From NCBI GenBank assembly GCA_964016885.1, contig OZ024751.1:2604001-2668000 (forward strand): DNA of 64,000 nt, read 5' to 3'. Position 1 is the stretch's first letter. Every line of letters starts with the position of its first letter. Source of the DNA: Eledone cirrhosa. Its lineage: Eukaryota. The notes beneath the pieces were generated by a model. That model was not told where the DNA came from and ran no database searches. It saw only the letters and a program-made list of their open reading frames with translations. The position numbers were made by a program, and so were the translations under genes. Of this stretch, positions 15,501 through 29,700 are shown piece after piece.

Positions 15501-16377
15501 ACCTTCTCTGTTTAACTGTCATATTGAACCTTCTCTGTTTAACTGTCATATTGAACTTTCTCTGTTGAACTGTCATGCTGAACCTTCCATCTTGAACTGT
15601 CATGCTGAACCTTCCCTGTTGAACTGTCATACTGAACTTTCTATGCTGAACAGTCGTATTGAACCTTCCCTGTTGAACTCTCATGCTGGACCTTCCCTGT
15701 TTAACTCTCATATTGAACCATCCCTGTTGAACTGTCATATTGAACTTTCCCTGTTGAACTGTCATGCTGAACCTTTCCTGTTGAACTGTCATGCTGAACC
15801 TTCCCTGTTTAACTCTCATATTGAACCATCCCTGTTGAACTGTCATATTGAACTTTTTCTGTTGAACTGTGATGCTGAACCTTCCCTGTTTAATTGTCAT
15901 ATTGAACGTTGTTTGTTTAACTGTCATGCTGAACCTTCCCTGTTTAACTGTCATATTGAACCTTCTCTGTTGAAATGTCATGCTGAACCTTCCCTGTTGA
16001 ACTATCATACTGATCCTTCTCTGTTGAACTGTCATGTTGGACCGTCTCTGTTTAACAGTCATATTGAACCTTCTCTGTTTAACTATCATATTGAACTTTC
16101 CCTGTTGCACTGTCATGCTGAACCTTCCCTATTGAACTGTCATGTTGAATCTTCTCTGTTGAACTGTCATATTGAACCTTCTCAGTTGAACTGTCATGTT
16201 GAACATTCTCTGTTGAACTGTCATGCTGAAGCTTCCCTGTTGAACTGTCATGTTGGACATTCTCTGTTTAACTGTCGTATTGAAATTTCTCTGTTGAACT
16301 GTCATGCTGAACCTTCCTTGTTGAACTGTCATGTTGGACCTTCTCTGTTGAACTGTCATATTGAAACTTCTCTGTAG
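6564..16377. repeat. Higher-order tandem duplication, period about 4.91 kb (about 182 monomers), with a nested ~3.24-kb period
   Basis: Near-identical ORF translations at offset 4910-4911: 6564/11474, 7335/12246, 8277/13188, 8775/13686, 9575/14486, 9801/14712, 10573/15484. The indel variant 'gaatatgtccctg' also recurs at 3237-3238 bp spacing. Confidence 0.9.
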
Positions 16378-19300
16378 AACTGTCATATTGAACCTTCTTT
16401 GTTTAACTGTGATATTGAACTTTCTCTGTTGGACTGTCATACTGAACCTTCTCTGTTGAACTGACATATTGAACATTCTCTGTTGAGCTGTCATGCTGAA
16501 ACTTCTCTGTTTAACTGTCATATTGAACCTTCTCTGTTTAACTGTCATATTGAACTTTCTCTGTTGAACTGTCATGCTGAACCTTCCTTGTTGAACTGTC
16601 ATACTGAAATTTCTATGTTGAACAGTCGTATTGAACCTTCCCTGTTGAACTGTCATGTTGGACCTTCCCTGTTTTACTCTCATATTGAACCATCCCTGTT
16701 GAACTGTCATATTGAACTTTCCCTGTTGAACTTCCATGCTGAACCTTCTCTGTTGAAATGTCATATTGAACTTTCTCTGTAGAACTGTGATACTGAATCT
16801 TCCCTGTTGAAATGTCATGCTGAACCTTCCCTGTTGAACTATCATACTGATCCTTCTCTGTTGAACTGTCATGTTGGACCGTCTCTGTTTAACTGTCATA
16901 TTGAACCTTCTCTGTTTAACTATCATATTGAACTTTCCCTGTTGCACTGTCATGCTGAACCTTCCCTATTGAACTGTCATGTTGAATCTTCTCTGTTGAA
17001 CTGTCATATTGAACCTTCTCAGTTGAACTGTCATGTTGAACATTCTCTGTTGAACTGTCATGCTGAAGCTTCCCGGTTGAACTGTCATGCTGAACCTTTC
17101 CTGTTTAACTGACATGTTGAACTTCTCTGTTGAACTGTCATGCTGAACCTTCCCTGTTGAACTATCATATTGAACTTTCTCTGTTGAACTGTCATGTTGA
17201 ACCTACTCTGTTGAACTCTCATGCTGAACCTTCCCTGTTGAACTGTCATGTTGGACCTTCTCTGTTTAACTGTCATATTGAACTTTCTCTGTTGAACTGT
17301 CATGCTGAACCTTCCTTGTTGAACTGTCATGTTGGACCTTCTCTGTTGAACTGTCATATTGAACCTTCTCTGTAGAACTGTCATATTGAACCTTCTTTGT
17401 TTAACTGTGATATTGAACTTTCTCTGTTGGACTGTCATACTGAACCTTCTCTGTTGAACTGACATATTGAACATTCTCTGTTGAGCTGTCATGCTGAACC
17501 TTCTCTGTTTAACTGTCATATTGAACCTTCTCTATTTAACTGTCATATTGAACTTTCTCTGTTGAACTGTCATGCTGAACCTTCCCTGTTGAACTGTCGA
17601 GCTGAACCATCCCTGTTTAACTGTCATATTGAACTTTCTCTGTTCAACTGTCATGCTGAAATTTCTATGTTGAACAGTCGTATTGAACCTTCCCAGTTGA
17701 ACTGTCATGTTGGACCTTCCCTGTTTTACTCTCATATTGAACCATCCCTGTTGAACTGTCATATTGAACTTTCCCTGTTGAACTTCCATGCTGAACCTTC
17801 TCTGTTGAACTGTCATATTGAACTTTCTCTGTAGAACTGTGATACTGAATCTTCCCTGTTGAACTGTTATGCTGAACCTTCCCTGTTTTACTCTCATATT
17901 GAACCATCCCTGTTGAACTGTCATATTGATCCTTCTCTGTTGAACCGTCATGCTGAACCTTCCCTGTTGAACTATCATATTGAACCTTCTCTGTTGAACT
18001 GTCATATTGAACCTTCTCAGTTGAACTGTCATGTTGGACCTTCCGTGTTTAACTGAAATATTGAAACTTCTCTGTTTAACTGTCATATTGAACTTTCCCT
18101 GTTGAACTGTCATGCTGAACCTTCCCTGTTGAACTGTCATGTTGGACCTTCTCTGTTTAACTGTCATATTGAACTTTTTCTGTTGAACTGTCATGCTGAA
18201 CCTTCCTTGTTTAACTGTCATATTGAACTTTCCCTGTTGAACTGTCATATTGAACCTTCTCTGTAGAACTGGCATATTGAACCTTCTTTGTTTAACTGTG
18301 ATATTGAACTTTGTCTGTTGAACTGTCATACTGAACCTTCTCTGTTGAACTGTCATATTGAACATTCTCTGTTGAGCTGTCATGATGAACCTTCCCTGTT
18401 GAACTGTCATATTGAACCTTCTCTGTTTAACTATCATATTGAACATTCTCTGTTGAACTGTCATGCTGAACCTTCCCCGTTGAACTGTCATGTTGAGCCT
18501 TCCCGGTTTAACTGTCATATTGAACTTTCTCTGTTCAACTGTCATGCTGAACCTTCCCTGTTGAACTGTCATGTTGAACCTTATCTGTTGAACTGTCATA
18601 CTGAACCTTCTCTGTTGAACTGTCATATTGAACTTTCTCTGTTGAACTGTGTTGCTGAATCTTCCCTGTTGAACTGTCATGCTGAACCTTCCCTGTTTAA
18701 TTGTCATATTGTACTTTCTTTGTTCAACTGTCATGCTGAACCTTCCCTGTTTAACTGTCATATTGAACGTTCTCTGTTGAAATGTCATGCTGAACCTTCC
18801 CTGTTGAACTATCATATTGAACCTTCTCTTTTGAACTGTCATATTGAACTTTCTCTGTTGAACTGTCATGCTGAATCTTCCCTGTTGAACTGTCATGCTG
18901 AACCTTCCCTGTTGAACTATCATATTGAACTTTCTCTGTTGAACTGTCACATTGAACTTTCTCTGTTGAACTGTCATGTTGGACCTTCTCTGTTTAACTG
19001 TCATATTTAACTTTCTCTGTTGAACTGTCATGCTGAACCTTCCTTGTTGAACTATCATATTGAACCTTCTCTGTTGAACTGCCATGTTGGACCTTCTCTG
19101 TTTAACTGTCATATTGAACCTTCTCTGTTTGACTTTCATATTGAACCTTCTCTGTTGAACTGTAATATTGAACCTTCTCTGTTTAACTGTCATATTGAAC
19201 TTTCTCTGTTTAACTGTCATATTGAACTTTTTCTGTTGAACTCTCATGCTGAACCTTCCTTGTTGAACTGTCATCTTGAACCTTCTCTGTTGAACTGTCA

Positions 19301-22300
19301 TGCTGAACCTTCCCTGTTTAACTGTCATGCTGAACCTTCTATGTTGAACTGTCATGCTGAACCTTCCCTGTTGAACTGTCATGTTGGACCTTCTCTGTTT
19401 AACTGTCATATTGAACTTTCTCTGTTGAACTGTCATGCTGAACCTTCCCTATTGAACTGTCATGTTGAATCTTCTCTGTTGAACTGTCATATTGAACCTT
19501 CTCTGTTGAACTGTCCTGTTGGACATTCTCTGTTGAACTGTCATATTGAACCTTCTCTGTAGAACTGTCATATTGAACCTATTTGCTTAACTGTGATATT
19601 GAACTTTCTCTGTTGAACTGTCATACTGAACCTTCTCTGTTGAACTGTCATATTGAACCTTCTCTGTTTAACGATCATATTGAACTTTCTCTGTTGAACT
19701 GTCATGCTGAACCTTCCCTGTTGAACTGTCATGTTGAACCTTCTCTGTTGAACTATGATACTGAAGCTTCTCTGTTGAAAATTCTTATTGAACCTTTCCT
19801 GTTGAACTGTCATGTTGGACCTTCCCTGTTGAACTGTCATGCTGAACCTTCCCTGTTGAACTGTCATGCTGAACCTTCCCTGTTTAACTGTCATGCTGAA
19901 CCTTCTCTGTTGAACTGTCATATTGAACTTTCTCTGTTGACATGTGATGCTGAATCTTCCCTGTTTAACTGTCATGCTGAACCTTCTCTGTTTAATTGTC
20001 ATATCGAACTTTCTCTGTTGAACTGTCATGCTGAACCTTCCCTCTTGAACTATCATATTGAACTTTCTCTGTTGAACAGTCATGTTGAACCTACTCTGTT
20101 GAACTGTCATGCTGAACCTTCCCTGTTGAACTGTCATGTTGGACCTTCTCTGCTTATCTGTCATATTGAACTTTCTCTGTTGAACTGTCATGCTGAACCT
20201 TCCTTGTTGAACTGTCATGTTGAACCTTCTCTGTTGAACTGTCATATTGAACCTTCTCTTTTGAACTGTCATGTTGGACCTTCTCTCTTGAACTGTCATA
20301 TTGAACCTTCTCTGTAGAATTGTCATACTGAACCTTCTTTGTTGAACTGTCATATTGAAATTCTCTGTTGAGCTGTCATGCTGAACCTTCTGTGTTTAAC
20401 TGTCATATCGAACCTTCTCTGTTTAACTGTCATATTGAACTTTCTCTGTTGAACTGTCATGCTGAATATGTCCCTGTTGAACTGTCATGCTGAACATTCC
20501 CTGTTGAACTTTTATGTTGAACCTTCTCTGTTGAACTGTCATACTGAACCTTCTCTGTTGAACTGTCGTATTGAATCCTCTCTGTTGAACTGTCATGTTG
20601 GACATTCCCTGTTTAACTCTCATATTGAGCCTTCCCTGATTAACTGTCACATTGTACTTTCCCTGTTGAACTGTCATGCTGAACCGTCCCTGTTGAACTG
20701 TCATGTTGAACCTTCTCTGTTTAACTGTCAAGCTGAAACTTCTCTGTTGAACTGTCATATTGAACTTTCTCTGTTTAACTGTCATATTGAACTTTCTCTG
20801 TTGAACTGTCATGCTGAACCTTCCCTGTTGAACTGTCATATTGAACCTTCTCTGTTGAACTGTCATGCTGAACCTTCCTTGTTGAACTATCATATTGAAC
20901 CTTCTCTGTTGAACTGCCATGTTGGACCTTCTCTGTTTAACTGTCATATTGAACCTTCTCTGTTTGACTTTCATATTGACCATTCTCTGTTGAACTGTAA
21001 TATTGAACCTTCTCTGTTTGACTTTCATATTGAACCTTCTCTGTTGAACTGTCAGGCTGAACCTTCACTGTTGAACTGTCATGCTGAACCTTCTCTGTTG
21101 AACTGTCATATTGAACCTTCCCTTTTGAACTGTCATATTGGACCTTCTCTGTTGAACTGTCATATTGAACATTCTCTGTTGAGCTGTCATGATGAACCTT
21201 CTCTGTTTAACTGTCATATCGAACCTTCTCTGTTTAACTGTTATATTGAACTTTCTCTGTTGAACTGTCATGCTGAACCTTACCTGTTGAACTGTCATGT
21301 TGAATCTTCTCAGTTGAACTCATATTGAACATTCTCTGTTGAGCTGTCATGCTGAACCTTCTCTGTTTAACTGTCATATTGAACCTTCTCTGTTTAACTG
21401 TCATATTGAACTTTCTCTGTTGAACTGTCATGCTGAACCTTCCATGTTGAACTGTCATGCTGAACCTTCCCTGTTTAACTGTCATATTGAACTTTCTCTG
21501 TTCAACTGTCATGCTGAACCTTCCCTGTTGAACTGTCATGTTGAACCTTCTCTGTTGAACTGTCATACTGAACTTTCTATGCTGAACAGTCGTATTGAAC
21601 CTTCCCTGTTGAACTGTCATGCTGGACCTTCCCTGTTTAACTCTCATATTGAACCATCCCTGTTGAACTGTCATATTGATCCTTCTCTGTTGAACTATCA
21701 TGCTGAACCTTCCCTGTTGAACTATCATATTGAACCTTCTCTGTTGAACTGTCATATTGAACCTTCTCAGTTGAACTGTCATGTTGGACCTTCCCTGTTT
21801 AACTGTCATATTGAAACTTCTCTGTTTAACTGTCATATTGAACTTTCGCTGTTGAACTGTCATGCTGAACCTTCCCTGTTGAACTGTCATGTTGGACCTT
21901 CTCTGTTTAACTGTCATATTGAACTTTTTCTGTTGAACTGTCATGCTGAACCTTCCTTGTTGAACTGTCATATTGAACCTTCTCTGTTGAACTGTCACAT
22001 TGAACCTTCTCTTTTGAACAGATATATTGGACCTTCTCTGTTGAACTGTCATATTGAACCTTCTCTGTAGAACTGGCATATTGAACCTTCTTTCTTTAAC
22101 TGTGATATTGAACTTTCTCTGTTGAACTGTCATACTGAACCTTCTCTGTTGAACTGTCATATTGAACATTCTCTGTTGAGCTGTCATGATGAACCTTCCC
22201 TGTTGAACTGTCATATTGAACCTTCTCTGTTTAACTATCATATTGAACATTCTCTGTTGAACTGTCATGCTGAACCTTCCCCGTTGAACTGTCATGTTGA

Positions 22301-25300
22301 ACCTTCCCGGTTTAACTGTCATATTGAATTTTCTCTGTTCAACTGTCATGCTGAACCTTCCCTGTTGAACTGTCATGTTGAACCTTATCTGTTGAACTGT
22401 CATACTGAACCTTCTCTGTTGAACTGTCATATTGAACTTTCTCTGTTGAACTGTGTTGCTGAATCTTCCCTGTTGAACTGTCATGCTGAACCTTCCCTGT
22501 TTAATTGTCATATTGTACTTTCTTTGTTCAACTGTCATGCTGAACCTTCCCTGTTTAACTGTCATATTGAACGTTCTCTGTTGAAATGTCATGCTGAACC
22601 TTCCCTGTTGAACTATCATATTGAACCTTCTCTTTTGAACTGTCATATTGAACTTTCTCTGTTGAACTGTCATGCTGAATCTTCCCTGTTGAACTGTCAT
22701 GCTGAACCTTCCCTGTTGAACTATCATATTGAACTTTCTCTGTTGAACTGCCATGTTGGACCTTCTCTGTTTAACTGTCATATTGAACCTTCTCTGTTTG
22801 ACTTTCATATTGAACCTTCTCTGTTGAACTGTAATATTGAACCTTCTCTGTTTAACTGTCATATTGAACTTTCTCTGTTTAACTGTCATATTGAACTTTC
22901 TCTGTTGAACTCTCATGCTGAACCTTCCTTGTTGAACTGTCATCTTGAACCTTCTCTGTTCAACTGTCATGCTGAACCTTCCCTGTTTAACTGTCATGCT
23001 GAACCTTCTATGTTGAACTGTCATGCTGAACCTTCCCTGTTGAACTGTCATGTTGGACCTTCTCTGTTTAACTGTCATATTGAACTTTCTCTGTTGAACT
23101 GTCATGCTGAACCTTCCCTATTGAACTGTCATGTTGAATCTTCACTGTTGAACTGTCATATTGAACCTTCTCTGTTGAACTGTCCTGTTGGACATTCTCT
23201 GTTGAACTGTCATATTGAACCTTCTCTGTGGAACTGTCATATTGAACCTATTTGCTTAACTGTGATATTGAACTTTCTCTGTTGAACTGTCATACTGAAC
23301 CTTCTCTGTTGAACTGTCATATTGAACATTCTCTGTTGAACTGTCATGTGTGAACCTTCCCTATTGAACTGTCATGTTGGACCTTCTCTGTTTAACTGTC
23401 ATGTTGGACCGTCTCTGTTGAACTGTCATATTGAACCTTCTCTGTTTAACTATCATATTGAACTTTCTCTGTTGAACTGTCATGCTGAACCTTCCCTGTT
23501 GAACTGTCATGTTGAACCTTCTCTGTTGAACTATCATACTGAACCTTCTCTGTTGAAAAGTCTTATTGAACCTTTCCTGATGAACTGTCATGTTGGACCT
23601 TCCCTGTTGAACTGTCATGCTGAACCTTCCCTGTTGAACTGTCATGCTGAACCTTCCCTGTTTGACTGTCATGCTGAACCTTCTCTGTTGAACTGTCATA
23701 TTGAACTTTCTCTGTTGACATGTGATGCTGAATCTTCCCTGTTTAACTGTCTTGCTGAACCTTCCCTGTTTAATTGTCATATCGAACTTTCTCTGTTGAA
23801 CTGTCATGCTGAACCTTCCCTCTTGAACTATCATATTGAACTTTCTCTGTTGAACAGTCATGTTGAACCTACTCTGTTGAACTGTCATGCTGAACCTTCT
23901 CTGTTGAACTGTCATGCTGAACCTTCCCTGTTGAACTGTCATGTTGGACCTTCTCTGCTTATCTGTCATATTGAACTTTCTCTGTTGAACTGTCATGCTG
24001 AACCTTCCTTGTTGAACTGTCATGTTGAACCTTCTCTGTTGAACTGTCATATTGAACCTTCTCTTTTGAACTGTCATGTTGGACCTTCTCTCTTGAACTG
24101 TTATATTGAACCTTCTCTGTAGAATTGTCATACTGAACCTTCTCTGTTGAACTGGCATATTGAAATTCTCTGTTGAGCTGTCATGCTGAACCTTCTGTGT
24201 TTAACTGTCATATCGAACCTTCTCTGTTTAACTGTCATATTGAACTTTCTCTGTTGAACTGTCATACTGAACCTTCCCTGTTGAGCTGTCATGTTGGACC
24301 TTCCCTGTTGAACTGTCATGTTGCACATTCTCTGTTGAACTGTCATATTGTACTTTCTCTGTTGAACTGTCATGCTGAACCTTCCTTGTTGAACTGTCAT
24401 ATTGAACCTTCTCTGTTGAACTGTCACATTGAACCTTCTCTTTTGAACAGATATATTGGACCTTCTCTGTTGAACTGTCATATTGAACCTTCTCTGTAGA
24501 ACTGGCATATTGAACCTTCTTTGTTTAACTGTGATATTGAACTTTCTCTGTTGAACTGTCATACTGAACCTTCTCTGTTGAACTGTCATATTGAACATTC
24601 TCTGTTGAGCTGTCATGATGAACCTTCCCTGTTGAACTGTCATATTGAACCTTCTCTGTTTAACTATCATATTGAACATTCTCTGTTGAACTGTCATGCT
24701 GAACCTTCCCCATTGAACTGTCATGTTGAACCTTCCCGGTTTAACTGTCATATTGAACTTTCTCTGTTCAACTGTCATGCTGAACCTTCCCTGTTGAACT
24801 GTCATGTTGAACGTTATCTGTTGAACTGTCATACTGAACCTTCTCTGTTGAACTGTCATATTGAACTTTCTCTGTTGAACTGTGTTGCTGTATCTTCCCT
24901 GTTGAACTGTCATGCTGAACCTTCCCTGTTTAACTGTCATGCTGAATCTTCCCTGTTGAACTGTCATGCTGAACCTTCCCTGTTGAACTATCATGCTGAA
25001 CCTTTCCTGTTTAACTGTCATATTGAACTTTCTCTGTTGAACTGTCATGCTGAACCTTCTCTGTTGAACTCTCATGCTGAACCTTCCCTGTAGAACTGTC
25101 ATATTGAACCTTCTTTGTTTAACTGTGATATTGAACTTTCTCTGTTGAACTGTCATACTGAACCTTCTCTGTTGAACTGTCATATTGAACATTCTCTGTT
25201 GAGCTGTCATGCTGAACCTTCTCTGTTTAATTGTCATATCGAACCTTCTCTGTTTAACTGTCATATTGAACTTTCTCTGTTGAACTGTCATGCTGAACCT

Positions 25301-26099
25301 TCCCTGTTGAACTGTCATGTTGAATCTTCCCTGTTTAACTGTCATATTGAACTTTCTCTGTTGAACTGTCATGCTGAACTTTCTATGTTGAAGAGTCGTA
25401 TTGAACCTTCCCTGTTGAACTGTCATGTTGGACCTTCCCTGTGTAACTCTCATATTGAACCATCCCTGTTGAACTGTCATATTAAACTTTCCCTGTTGAA
25501 CTGTGATGCTGAACCTTCCCTGTTGAACTGTCATGCTGAACCTTCCCTGTTTAACTGTCATGCTGAACCTTCTCTGTTGAACTGTCATATTTAACTTTCT
25601 CTGTTGAACTGTGATGCTGAATCTTCCCCGTTGAACTGTTATGTTGAACCTTCCCTGTTTAATTGTCATATTGAACTTTCTCTGTCGAACTGTCATGCTG
25701 AACCTTCCCTGTTGAACTATCATATTGAACCTTCTCTGTTGAACTGTCATGTTGGACCGTCTCTGTTTAACTGTCATATTGAACCTTCTCTGTTTTACTA
25801 TCATATTGAACTTTCTCTGTTGAACTGTCATGCTGAAACTTCCCTGTTGAACTGTCATGTTGAATCTTCTCTGTTGAACTGTCATATTGAACCTTCTCAG
25901 TTGAACTGTCATGTTTGACGTTCCCTGTTTAACTGTCATCTTGACCCTTCTCTGTTGAACTATTATATGGAACTTTCTCTGTTGAACTGTCATGTTGAAT
26001 CTACTCTGTTGAACTGTCATGCTGAACCATCCCTGTTTAACAGTCATCTTGAACTTTCTCTGTTCAACTGTCATGCTGAACCTTCCCTGTTGAACTGTC

Positions 26100-29000
26100 A
26101 TGTTGAACCTTCCCTGTTGAACTGTCATGTTGGACCTTCTCTGTTTAACTGTCATGTTGGACCGTCTCTGTTTAACTATCATATTGAACTTTCTCTGTTG
26201 AACTGTCATGCTGAACCTTCTTTATTTAACTGTCATGTTGAATCTTCTCTGTTGAACTGTCATATTGAACCTTCTCTGTTGAACTGTCATGTTGGACCTT
26301 CCCTGTTTAACTGTCATATTGAACCTTCTCTGTTTAACTGTCATATTCAACTGTCTCCGTTGAACTGTCATGCTGAAGCTTCCCTGTTGAACTGTCATGC
26401 TGAACCTTCCCTGTTTAACTGTCATATTGAAATTTCTCTGTTGAACTGTCATGTTGAACCTTCTCTGTTGAACTGTCATATTGAACCTTCTCTGTAGAAC
26501 TGTCATATTGAACCTTCTTTGTTTAACTGTGATATTGAACTTTCTCTGTTGAACTGTCATGCTGAACCTTCCCTGTTGAACTGTCATGTTGAACCTTCCC
26601 TGTTGAACTGTCATGTTGGACCTTCTCTGTTTAACTGTCATGTTGGACCGTCTCTGTTTAACTATCATATTGAACTGTCTCTGTTGAACTGTCATGCTGA
26701 ACCTTCCCTATTTAACTGTCATGTTGAATCTTCTCTGTTGAACTGTCATATTGAACCTTCTCTGTTGAACTGTCATGTTGGACCTTCCCTGTTTAACTGT
26801 CATATTGAACTTTCTCTGTTGAACTGTCATGCTGAAGCTTCCCTGTTGAACTGTCATGCTGAACCTGCCCTGTTTAACTGTCATATTGAAATTTCTCTGT
26901 TGAACTGTCATGCTGAACCTTCCCTGTTGAACTATCATATTGAACTTTCTCTGTTGAACTGTCATGTTGGACCTTCTCTATTGAACTGTCATATTGAACC
27001 TTCTTTGTTTAACTGTGATATTGAACTTTCTCTGTTGAACTGTCATACTGAACCTTCTCTGTTGAACTGTCACATTGAACATTCTCTGTTGAGCTGTCAT
27101 GCTGAACCTTCTCTGTTTATCTGTCATATCGAACCTTCTCTGTTTAACTGTCATATTGAACTTTCTCTGTTGAACTGTCATGCTGAACCTTCCCTCTTGA
27201 ACTGTCACGTTGAATCTTCTCAGTTGAACTGTCATATTGAACATTCTCTGTTGAGCTGCCATGCTGAACCTTCTCTGTTTAACTGTCATATTGAACCTTC
27301 TCTGTTGAACTGTCATATTGAACTTTCTCTGTTCAACTGTCATGCTGAACCTTCCCTGTTGAACTGTCATCCTGAACCTTCCCTGTTTAACTGTCATATT
27401 GAACTCTCTCTGTTCAACTGTCATGCTGAACCTTCCCTGTTGAACTGTCATGCTGAATCTTCCCTGTTTAACTGTCATCCTGAACCTTCTCTGTTGAACT
27501 GCCCTATTGAACTTTCTCTGTTGAACTGTGATGCTGAATCTTCCCTGTTGAACTGTCATGCTGAACCTTCCCTATTTAATTGTCACGTTGAACTTTCTCT
27601 GTTGAACTGTCATACTGAACCTTCTCTGTTGAACTGTCACATTGAACATTCTCTGTTGAGCTGTCATGCTGAACCTTCTCTGTTTATCTGTCATATCGAA
27701 CCTTCTCTGTTTAACTGTCATATTGAACTTTCTCTGTTGAACTGTCATGCTGAACCTTCCCTGTTGAACTGTCATGCTGAACCTTCCCTGTTTAACTGTC
27801 ATATTGAACTTTCTCTGTTCAACTGTCATGCTGAACCTTCCCTGTTGAACTGTCATGTTGAACCTTCTCTGTTGAACTGTCATGCTGAACTTTCTATGTT
27901 GAACAGTCGTATTGAACCTTTCCTGTTGAACTGTCATGTTGAACCTTCCCTGTTGAACTGTCATGTTGGACCTTCTCTGTTTAACTGTCATGTTGGACCG
28001 TCTCTGTTTAACTATCATATTGAACTTTCTCTGTTGAACTGTCATGCTGAACCTTCCCTATTTAACTGTCATGTTGAATCTTCTCTGTTGAACTGTCATA
28101 TTGAACCTTCTCTGTTGAACTGTCATGTTGGACCTTCCCTGTTTAACTGTCATATTGAACCTTCTCTGTTTAACTGTCATATTGAACTGTCTCTGTTGAA
28201 CTGTCATGCTGAAGCTTCCCTGTTGAACTGTCATGCTGAACCTTCCCTGTTTAACTGTCATATTGAAATTTCTCTGTTGAACTGTCATGTTGAACCTTCT
28301 CTGTTGAACTGTCATATTGAACCTTCTCTGTAGAACTGTCATATTGAACCTTCTTTGTTTAACTGTGATATTGAACTTTCTCTGTTGATCTGTCATGCTG
28401 AACCTTCCCTGTTGAACTGTCATGTTGAACCTTCCCTGTTGAACTGTCATGTTGGACCTTCTCTGTTTAACTGTCATGTTGGACCGTCTCTGTTTAACTA
28501 TCATATTGAACTTTCTCTGTTGAACTGTCATGCTGAACCTTCCCTATTTAACTGTCATGTTGAATCTTCTCTGTTGAACTGTCATATTGAACCTTCTCTG
28601 TTGAACTGTCATGTTGGACCTTCCCTGTTTAACTGTCATATTGAACTTTCTCTGTTGAACTGTCATGCTGAAGCTTCCCTGTTGAACTGTCATGCTGAAC
28701 CTGCCCTGTTTAACTGTCATATTGAAATTTCTCTGTTGAACTGTCATGCTGAACCTTCCCTTTTGAACTATCATATTGAACTTTCTCTGTTGAACTGTCA
28801 TGTTGGACCTTCTCTATTGAACTGTCATATTGAACCTTCTTTGTTTAACTGTGATATTGAACTTTCTCTGTTGAACTGTCATACTGAACCTTCTCTGTTG
28901 AACTGTCACATTGAACATTCTCTGTTGAGCTGTCATGCTGAACCTTCTCTGTTTATCTGTCATATCGAACCTTCTCTGTTTAACTGTCATATTGAACTTT

Positions 29001-29700
29001 CTCTGTTGAACTGTCATGCTGAACCTTCCCTCTTGAACTGTCACGTTGAATCTTCTCAGTTGAACTGTCATATTGAACATTCCCTGTTGAGCTGCCATGC
29101 TGAACCTTCTCTGTTTAACTGTCATATTGAACCTTCTCTGTTGAACTGTCATATTGAACTGTCTCTGTTCAACTGTCATGCTGAACCTTCCCTGTTGAAC
29201 TGTCATGCTGAACCTTCCCTGTTTAACTGTCATATTGAACTCTCTCTGTTCAACTGTCATGCTGAACCTTCCCTGTTGAACTGTCATGCTGAATCTTCCC
29301 TGTTTAACTGTCATCCTGAACCTTCTCTGTTGAACTGCCCTATTGAACTTTCTCTGTTGAACTGTGATGCTGAATCTTCCCTGTTGAACTGTCATGCTGA
29401 ACCTTCCCTGTTTAATTGTCACGTTGAACTTTCTCTGTTGAACTGTCATACTGAACCTTCTCTGTTGAACTGTCACATTGAACATTCTCTGTTGAGCTGT
29501 CATGCTGAACCTTCTCTGTTTATCTGTCATATCGAATCTTCTCTGTTTAACTGTCATATTGAACTTTCTCTGTTGAACTGTCATGCTGAACCTTCCCTGT
29601 TGAACTGTCATATTGAACTTTCTCTGTTCAACTGTCATGCTGAACCTTCCCTGTTGAACTGTCATGTTGAACCTTCTCTGTTGAACTGTCATACTGAACT
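26100..29700. repeat. Higher-order duplication, period 1836 bp (68 monomers)
   Basis: ORF boundaries 26222/28058, 26519/28355, 26708/28544 and 26978/28814 are all offset by 1836 = 68 x 27 and share rare variants. Outer limits are approximate. Confidence 0.85.
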